A stretch of DNA of 63,976 nt, the filler included, from Lenisia limosa (lineage: Eukaryota; Protista; Breviatea): NCBI GenBank assembly GCA_001655205.1. It is 17 parts of 17 records of this genome, joined end to end, with 100 filler letters (N's around TTAATTAATTAA, not from the genome) between each part and the next. Parts side by side here need not be neighbours in the genome. Positions count along the whole stretch, not along the records: positions 48,816 to 60,858 come from LPNZ01007512.1; positions 60,959 to 62,076 come from LPNZ01001540.1; positions 62,177 to 63,976 come from LPNZ01008409.1; 14 more parts are not named here. One strand, 5' to 3'. Below are positions 56,172 through 63,976 of this stretch, piece by piece. Within the stretch, counting starts at the first letter, position 1. Each line of letters begins with the position of its first letter. The notes beneath the pieces are model-generated. The model was not told the origin of the DNA. It searched no databases and saw only the letters and a program-made list of their open reading frames with translations. The translations under genes were made by a program, and so were the position numbers.

Positions 56172-59100
56172 ATGTTCAGCATCAGTGGAGATGCTATTGA
56201 GGCCACCCTGCTCGCAATGGCCGAAGTGGTTGTCATGGCCCTTGCTGGGGTCTTCATGGCAAGACGAGGGCACTTGAACTCGAAGGGGTTGAAGAACTTG
56301 ATTATGGTAGGGCACCCCACCCTCTGAGAATTATTTGGTGAACGCTGCTAATGGAACTAGTTGCTCTTCTATCTGATCCTCCCATGTCTTCACTTCTCAA
56401 AGGTTTGGAAGGATTTTGTATAAGTATAATGTTGGGGAACTGGGGTAATGAAAGTCACACTTAAAACTTCATATTATAACCACAAGTACTTACCAAAAAC
56501 AAAAAACGGGATTAGAGTTACAATTTGATCTTGATTTTACTCCTAATGTTGTTGGTAGGGAGTAAATAAATTGAAACCAAGAGAAAGACATGCTATAATG
56601 TCAGGAAAGATAGGAAATGGAACATGTACATATAATAATACAATCAACATCAACAATAGGTGTCTGAAGTTGCTGCTTAATGAGAACCAATTGAATCGTT
56701 GATTGTTTTATTATATCATATATTCTACCAATCTGTCAAGTACTTTTTTAGACGGTGTCTTCTGTTGATGTTAGCCGCTTAATTGGAGGGCTATGGCTTC
56801 TTCCCTTCTTTAGTCTTGCCAGCATCCTGATTCTCATGGGACTTGGCATCTTGCTCAGGTTTCTTCTTGGCGACCGAACAGGCAATTTCGGGCGCGGTAT
56901 GCCGCTGATCATTTTCATTCGAACTGTCCAAAGCGAAGAGACATCTTTTCTTGAGATGCTCAGACCAAATTGAGAGTTTAAGCCATTTCTTGTCTTCTTG
57001 AATGAAAATAACCCTTTTAGGAATGGTGATATCAATTGCCTTTGGTAATGCTGGTGAGTCTTGATTAATCCCCAATCCCATAACAAAATTTTCAATAGAT
57101 AAAACGATATAGTTTGTATATTTTGATGATTGTCCAGTGGTACATTGACATTTCTAGTCTAATGATATTGGTTGCGTTCTTTTCATTTGACAGGTTACCT
57201 TCCTTTGGCGCTGATGGCTTCAATTGGAAGAATGTCTGGTCCTTTTGGTGAATTGGCAAGAAAAGGAGAGTAGGCAGTTCTCTTAATTTTTGTTTGTGTT
57301 AATATTGTTGGTAGATATCATTGTACTATACTTCTGAAAGATATTTGCTCTGATATTGTTATTGTAGTAAACCTGTGCTTTTATTAGGAGTTTTTTTTTC
57401 TCCACAGTTTCCATAAACGAATCGACAGTTTCCAACGTCTTGTTGATAACTTCAAAAATGGGACACAGATGAGATGCTAACTAACTATTCACCCTGGTTA
57501 GGTACGATGGCGATAGCCAAGAAACAGCCCTTGCATACGTATCAATTTACCAAGTTGGTGGATACGGGACACAATTTGTTAAGTATTCTAACCCGTGGCG
57601 GCTTGACTTTCCTCCAGGAATGAAGTAACAAGAACTTTATACTTTTATCCATTACCACCCAGTCCATTATGTCGGTCTTTTTCTGGGTACTCGGATTCAC
57701 TTATGCGCAATTGGACGGGCCGCCGCCGGCGTCATCAGTTTGAGGATGCTTGTTTTTGATGAGGTGTTAAATTGAGCTTCAGTTTTTGCTATCTTCCAAG
57801 TTTGTACTATCACCTCCCGGATTGCATTCTTGATAACTCTCACCCTATGTCTGAAAAGACTTGAGCTTTACTTTGGTCCAAATAGATATCCTCAATGATA
57901 CCCGAATAGTGCCCAAAAATATCTCAATAAATGATTATATTCTAGCTTTTAGATGAATTGGATCGGTATGTATTTATCCATTCAGCAAACCTCAGCGGTT
58001 CCACCTAGAATTCCCAGCCCCATCACTGGCGATGTTGAACTGGTTGGGTAATGCCAAGAGATAACTACTTCCTTCCAAGCTCTTTGTATGTAATATATGT
58101 ATGACATTCCTAGAATGCCTGTATGAAGAAAATGGGAAGCGCTGACAATTTGGCTCAATTGCACAGTATTGGCCCGGATACCCCGTCAGCGCCAGCCACT
58201 CCAGTCACGCCCTCAGAAGCTACAAGTAAGAATACATGCAAATAGCTCTTTTCAGGACTCGATGATTGCTGGATGAATAAATTATATAACTATCGAGAGA
58301 TATAATATAGCTATCATATATCATTTCTACATACGATATCAGCAAATACCATTGGAGAATGCAAAAGGATACTTCGAAACGCTGATCAACTTCTGTAATT
58401 TTTGAGTAATAAACTGATTTCACCAGTATTGGGGTACCTGCTTAATCCAATGTAGCTGAAAACGAACCCAAAGCGAGCCCCACATTCACAAATGAGGTTC
58501 AAGATGGCTCTAATCCTCCTCCAACAACTGTAGGAAATCTTGAAGATCAGATATAACATATCAAGCATTTCATAGAAAAGAAAAACTCTCCTCTTTTTAT
58601 CTACAGACACCTGGTGAAGCAACTTACGGTGTAGTCGGTGTTAACATGGCGACAGAGGCTGAAGAAGATTCTCACTCCACCAGTCATCGCGTTCACCAGT
58701 GCTGTTATCTGTGCTCTAATCACCCCTGTTAAGGTAGCTATTTGTATTCTTTAAGCTACTCTGTTTTTTTTTTTGGATGACTGTTTTAGGAAGCCATAAC
58801 TACCAGTTTCCTTTTTTCAGTTCCAGAAAACTTGGCTGTAATGGCTGTCCCCGTGGTGAGGGTAGCCTTATATTGTCTCATATCGTGTTACATGGCATTG
58901 GTTATGGGAAGGGCTACTTTATATTCTTCAGTCTTATGTAATAATGGGATTGTATCAAATATTACCGACATCTTATAACGACGTAGTCTCAGATTGTCCT
59001 TGGAGGTAATTTGTCCCAAAAGCTCTCAGGAGCCTGCCCGCCTTGTGTCATGGTTTCTGTCATCGTGATAAGGTAAGGTTGTTGGTTTATTGGTATTATG

Positions 59101-59895
59101 AAGTTGTCTAAGAAAGGATTCTAAAATACAAAACATAACAACAAAATAGACACTCAACTTCTGTGATCTTTGTTAGTAATAGTCTGTTATTTCTTCAGAT
59201 ACTTGATATCCCCACTCATGAACATCGGCGCTCTGATGCTGATGAAATCCTTTGGTTGGGTGCCGGATGACCCGCTTCTGAAATTCGTCATTCTTCTTGA
59301 GGTGCGTCCTTTGAGGATAGAGTCGGTCAGATGCATACTTTTTCATTGTTACCACGAGATCATACTGTTCTGAATTCTATATGATATTCTGATCCTTTAG
59401 TCAGCAATGCCAACAGCTTTTGTCGTTTTGACTGCATGCCAAATCCTGGGTCAGTTCAGGGCATTTGTCAATCACAAGACTAAGATGTTGATGAGAAAAA
59501 ATCTACAATTTTACATGCTGTAAAGAGATGGAATCATGATTCTCATTTTTTTTTTTTTTTATGCAACTGTCTTCTCCGTAACTGANNNNNNNNNNNNNNN
59601 NNNNNNNNNNNNNNATGCGAGCAGCCTCGTCCCTCATTTTTTGGTCCTATTCAATTGGAATTGTGGTTGTGAGTGTAAGCAGAATTGCAGACTTGTTGAA
59701 TAATATTTTGTGTGTTACTGTAAGAGAGATCATACTTAAAATTATTTTATTATGTAGAAATGAGAAAACAAGGTAGTTATTGGATTATTGTATAATTTAA
59801 CACACCAAATCATTTACCTTATAATAACCTAATATATGTAGATGTGGGTTGCATTTTTCCTCCAAATCACGACTGGCGATGATGCCTGGCTTTGA
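56172..59895 (+). CDS. PIN-LIKES / auxin efflux carrier (Mem_trans) family transporter
   Basis: LAMAEVVVMALAGVFMARRGHLNSKGLKNL..LLFYLILPCLHFSK; AFGNAG|YLPLALMASI; ISPLMNIG; SAMPTAF; SSLIFWSYSIGIVV|MWVAFFL. Confidence 0.85.
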
Positions 59896-59949
59896 CCCGA
59901 ATGATAATTCTTTCCATGGTAAAAGTAAGCAAACAGTACCTTTATTCTT

Positions 59950-60858
59950 ATTCATGAAGTAGGGACGAACGAGTGGTTTGCCCCGGAACTGACAAGATGA
60001 AATAGTCTAGATAATATTCATCACAACTCTGAATGAAAAAGAGAAAAATTATACGCAACTGAAAAAAAACCATGGTAAAACGTCAAAAAGTAAGGAAGAA
60101 ACTAAAGCACAGGGGCTTGTCGAATATCAGGCATGGAATGGACGGGGAGGGGAGAGGAATCGAATTGTTTGTCTGCAAAATAAAAGGTGCAAATGGGGCT
60201 CAGACATTTTTTGTATGAAAATTTAGATCAACGAGAGGTGTGATATTATTGGGTGAATAATTGAATCGCAATGAGTCACTCGTAAAATGATCTTGTTACA
60301 AGAGACAGAGAATATCCAAAGAAAGCCAAATAACATGAAGTTGTTCAGAGCTTATTTATTAAACCAGCCCCCGCCCCCCCCCCCCAACGCCTATGGTCGT
60401 AGAGAACGCTATGCATGTGCTCAACGTCTGGAGTAGGGCTGTGGTAAATGGGCTGTAGGGGCTCATCAAGAAAGTCTATCAGGGATGGTGGAACGTATGT
60501 TGGGTCATCCAGGTCCTGATTGTTAGAGGGAGGGGCGGGGTGTATCTTTGATTCTTCATATCAACCCAAGCTCACTAGAGGTCCACCATGGACTATGTCA
60601 AGGCGTTCTAGGAAATGAAACATGAAAATGTGAATGCTGCAATTAAAAAAAGACACAAAATAAATTACAGGGATTACATGAAGGAAACCTTGTAGCACAC
60701 CTTCAGCCAGGCCGCCTTGCTCAATTCCCCTTATGGAAACTATCTCGTCATCACCGCCGCCACTCGACACCCAGGAGTTTGGGTAATGCGGACGCCCGCG
60801 CTCATCGTAAATGGGGTTGACAGGAGTGAGGAGGTCCCAGGGCATAGGTACGTTTTCT
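59950..60858 (-). CDS. 3' part of an unknown Pro/Asp-rich protein
   Basis: Stop-free exons PMPWDLLTPVNPIYDERGRPHYPNSW.. and DLDDPTYVPPSLIDFLDEPLQPIYHSPTP.. Confidence 0.42.
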
Positions 60859-61227
60859 NNNNNNNNNNNNNNNNNNNNNNNNNNNNNNNNNNNNNNNNNN
60901 NNTTAATTAATTAANNNNNNNNNNNNNNNNNNNNNNNNNNNNNNNNNNNNNNNNNNNNCTCAAGTACCCGTTGCTTCCGCTATCAAAAGACCTCGTCCAA
61001 ACTTTGCCAAATTATCCAATCATTTGACAAACCAAAGGTGCCAATTTTGATTTGAATTGTATTTACCATTCAGACCAAACTTACTGGATGTTAATAGCTA
61101 CCCCACATTTGAACCAGATATAGTCTTACAAGTCCTGAGGTTTGTGGTGGTTATTTATGTTACATTGAGAAGACTCTTAGTTATAATGTAGCCTGAGGAA
61201 ATCTTCTCAAGTGAACACGATTTCAAT

Positions 61228-61738
61228 TTGACTATCGAAATATTTGATGTAATTGAGATGGCAAGAAGTCGGCCAATTTGGGGGAAGTTTGCAGTTGGGA
61301 AGTTGACTGAGAAGAACACACTTTTCCCCGATACTGTCAATGTCAATAAAGCTGATGAGGCTGACTTAGACAAGGATGAAGTCTCACTTTCTCCTTTTGA
61401 ACCGGAAGTTGTCACTGAAAGAGAAGTAATCGAAGACGAGAGTTGTAAAAACCATGAAAATGGCATTCAAGAAGATGAAAAGCAAGATATCAGTTGATCA
61501 CGAAAAGTTGGTATCATGCCTCTCATTCATGTATTTTAGAATTGATGACCTCCTTGAAGTTCCTCCTGACTTGGATGACTTACTTGACCTGGATAATGAC
61601 TTTGGTATATAGTAAATAAAATATAGATCTTTTGGGATGCTAAACCACACCATTAATTTTTGTAGATCAAAATGCTCAAGTTCAGGAGCCAGATGTCTCA
61701 AATGATGATCTTGATGATTTAGAGGTTTGTAATTGTTT
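61228..61738 (+). CDS. Unknown acidic protein fragment
   Basis: ORF 61228-61497 plus AG/GT-bounded exons IDDLLEVPPDLDDLLDLDNDF and DQNAQVQEPDVSNDDLDDLE. Confidence 0.45.
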
Positions 61739-62402
61739 TGCACAAATAATTGTGGCATTACTTAACAATCATATAAATTTTTTTGTTGAATTGAATGAAC
61801 TATATATATTATAATGGCGAAGTGTATAGGTTAAACCAATGAGTTTCGTTTAAGAAAAATTAGACAATATTATATAGTGACATTTGTATTGCACCACAAT
61901 TAATCTCATTACTGCCTCCATCCCCATCCCATTTCAGAAATTTATTGTTCAGCAAGACATGGGCTTCTCCCAATTCAGCTTCTAAAATCACAGTTGTATC
62001 TATGGTAATGTGTAACTATATGCTCCCGAACAAAAACTGTGACGGTTTTGAAAAACTGTGACGGTTATGAAATATGNNNNNNNNNNNNNNNNNNNNNNNN
62101 NNNNNNNNNNNNNNNNNNNNTTAATTAATTAANNNNNNNNNNNNNNNNNNNNNNNNNNNNNNNNNNNNNNNNNNNNTTAAGATTATTCGGTTCGTGATTA
62201 GTACCTTTACACCAATATATACATATGATATATATATCATATATATATAATTATATATATACATATAGTATAATATATATATATATCTGCTGCACAGAAA
62301 CCGTGTCATTTTTGCGATATTGTGATACATAAGTTACATGATATGGATATACATGTACTATAATGCATGTATCATATGTATCATAGAAATAAGGTTATGT
62401 AG

Positions 62403-63253
62403 GACGGAGCTAGAGACTCGTTGTGATGACATACAGAATTCCCTCCAAAATCTCACAAATTTGTCAGCAGAAGTTGCAAAAGTGAAGTTCAGGTGGGTAA
62501 AGGGTCTGAAATGGCGTTCTTGTTACATTATGTTTTACTCACGGAGTCTTGGTTTTTGATATGACCACCTTATGCAAGAAGAATCAAATCACCAAGAAAA
62601 TAGTTATTTTTTGAGTAACTAAAGCTAATACGCAAGATTTCATTCTTGTCCGAAAAAGTCCTTTATAATATCGAAAGTTATCGAGGTTTTATTGAGGAAT
62701 ACTGTCTTTTTTTGGACAGAAGTACAGCCCTACTAATAAATCTCATGACATACTATCTATCATTATGCTCCATCCATGCCCTTTTCATTGTCGCTTTTAA
62801 CGTACAAGGAGCACCCAGAGGACCCCTATCTAAGCCGTGCGGACGTCTTCCCTCCAGACCCCCAAAACATGCCTGAACGCAGCCGACAGGACGCACTGCT
62901 ATTGGCCCAGGAGGCACTGGACGAAGCCCTTCAATGGTGAGTTGGGAGCTCGGATCCGAATTGTAAGATAATATCAATTTGTTTCGTTTTAGTGCAGAGC
63001 TGTGATCATCGTTATTTTAGTTGAGAGTAAGCCAACAGAGCTGATCCCGGGATTTTTGTTTCATAAATTTTTCCATTTCACTTNNNNNNNNNNNNNNNNN
63101 NNNNNNNNNNNNNNNNNNNNNNNNNNNNNNNNNNNNNNNNNNNNNNNNNNNNNNNNNNNNNNNNNNGATGCTCCTCTCGAGCAAATTCAAGATCTGAGCG
63201 ATTTACTGCGAAATAAGTTCCGAAAAGCTTCCCGCAGCTTTGAAGGGTTGTAG
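62403..63253 (+). CDS. 3' part of an unknown coiled-coil protein
   Basis: Exons TELETRCDDIQNSLQNLTNLSAEVAKVKF, EHPEDPYLSRAD..QEALDEALQW and DAPLEQIQDLSDLLRNKFRKASRSFEGL*. Confidence 0.5.
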
Positions 63254-63830
63254 CTCAAAGCTGCCTATCGTTCTGTCTACCTTGTTTCAGATCATCCTGC
63301 CAAGAGGGTGTACATAATTTGTAGTGGTATTTTGTAAGTTGAAAGTGACCTAAGATTGTTTTTTTGTCAGCTGACTGAATCAATTTATTTCGATTTCTTA
63401 TCGTTTTGGCAGAATTGATGAGTTGGAGAGTTGGAGTATGAGTGATGATCCAGCCTAGGGAGTTGAACAGTTGAAAATAAAAAGTTCACTCAATCTAAGT
63501 AAAAATGCCTTATTGATATAAATCATAAATAACTTGCAGGGAACGTATTTAGAGAACTTTTAAGATATGAGAACTCGGTTTTGCTCTCTCGCAGTAAGGT
63601 AAATTACATAATAAATAAAAGTGTGGTTTACAGCTCGGTTTACAGCTTCCTGATGGGAGTAATATAGACCTAAAACGTGAAACTGTGAGGAATTCATGCG
63701 GTTACTAATGCGCTATAGACCTCAATACACCCCTCAATCAATCTTCATCATACCAACACCCATCAACAATCACCGTCCAATACAATACCACACACACACA
63801 CACACAAATACCCCTTTTACCCCCTCCCAC

Positions 63831-63916
63831 ATCAACTCGGGTGGGCACCACGTGTCCCGATTTGCCGACGAAATGCAGAGTCGAGCCGCCAGGGAGGAAC
63901 AGAGCCAGCGACCGGA
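63831..63916 (-). CDS. Internal exon of an unknown minus-strand gene
   Basis: RSLALFLPGGSTLHFVGKSGHVVPTRVD, bounded by a family A acceptor and a GTGGGAGGGGG donor. Confidence 0.45.
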
Positions 63917-63976
63917 CTGGGGGGGGGAGTAAAATTGGAAAATTTATGATACAAAAAAACCCAAATCAACTCTGCT
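63917..63976 (-). mobile_element. Family A 3' end at acceptor (cut by window end)
   Basis: agcagagttgatttgggtttt..cataaattttccaattttactc(c)n cAG|tccgg. Confidence 0.82.

Overview
Eukaryotic, AT-rich, very intron-dense genomic DNA from an unidentified organism, plausibly a protist. It appears to use the standard code: TAA, TAG and TGA all close conserved genes. The window is not contiguous. Sixteen artificial N/TTAATTAATTAA/N linkers join 17 separate contigs, so synteny across linkers is meaningless and many genes are truncated. Genes spliced by eye: an SR-rich protein, a 6-intron pogo/Tigger-like DDE_1 transposase, a large EGF-Ca/TSP3-repeat protein, a Glu/Lys-rich protein with a capping-protein-interaction-like motif, methionyl-tRNA synthetase, a secreted fibrinogen-related protein, cystinosin, polycystin-2, IFRD1, the VPS13 N-terminus, an SNF2-like C-terminus, a Raf-like TKL kinase, PRMT3, a PIN-LIKES transporter, and several unknown multi-exon genes. 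The most striking signal is in the introns. (1) A ~120-140 bp dispersed repeat (family A, ~21 copies) lies sense to the host gene and ends at or just before the 3' splice site in 14 introns, supplying a TTTAC branch-like motif, a poly-C tract and YAG. (2) Long introns often start with GT plus a G-run (GTGGGAGGGGG recurs) and end with TTAC, a C-run and AG, so their ends are near reverse complements, as in introner-like elements. (3) These coexist with 24-41 nt AT-rich mini-introns, one apparently GT-TG. Two MITE families (B and G) and a fourth repeat (C) also populate the introns. All gene models are manual and have no RNA support.
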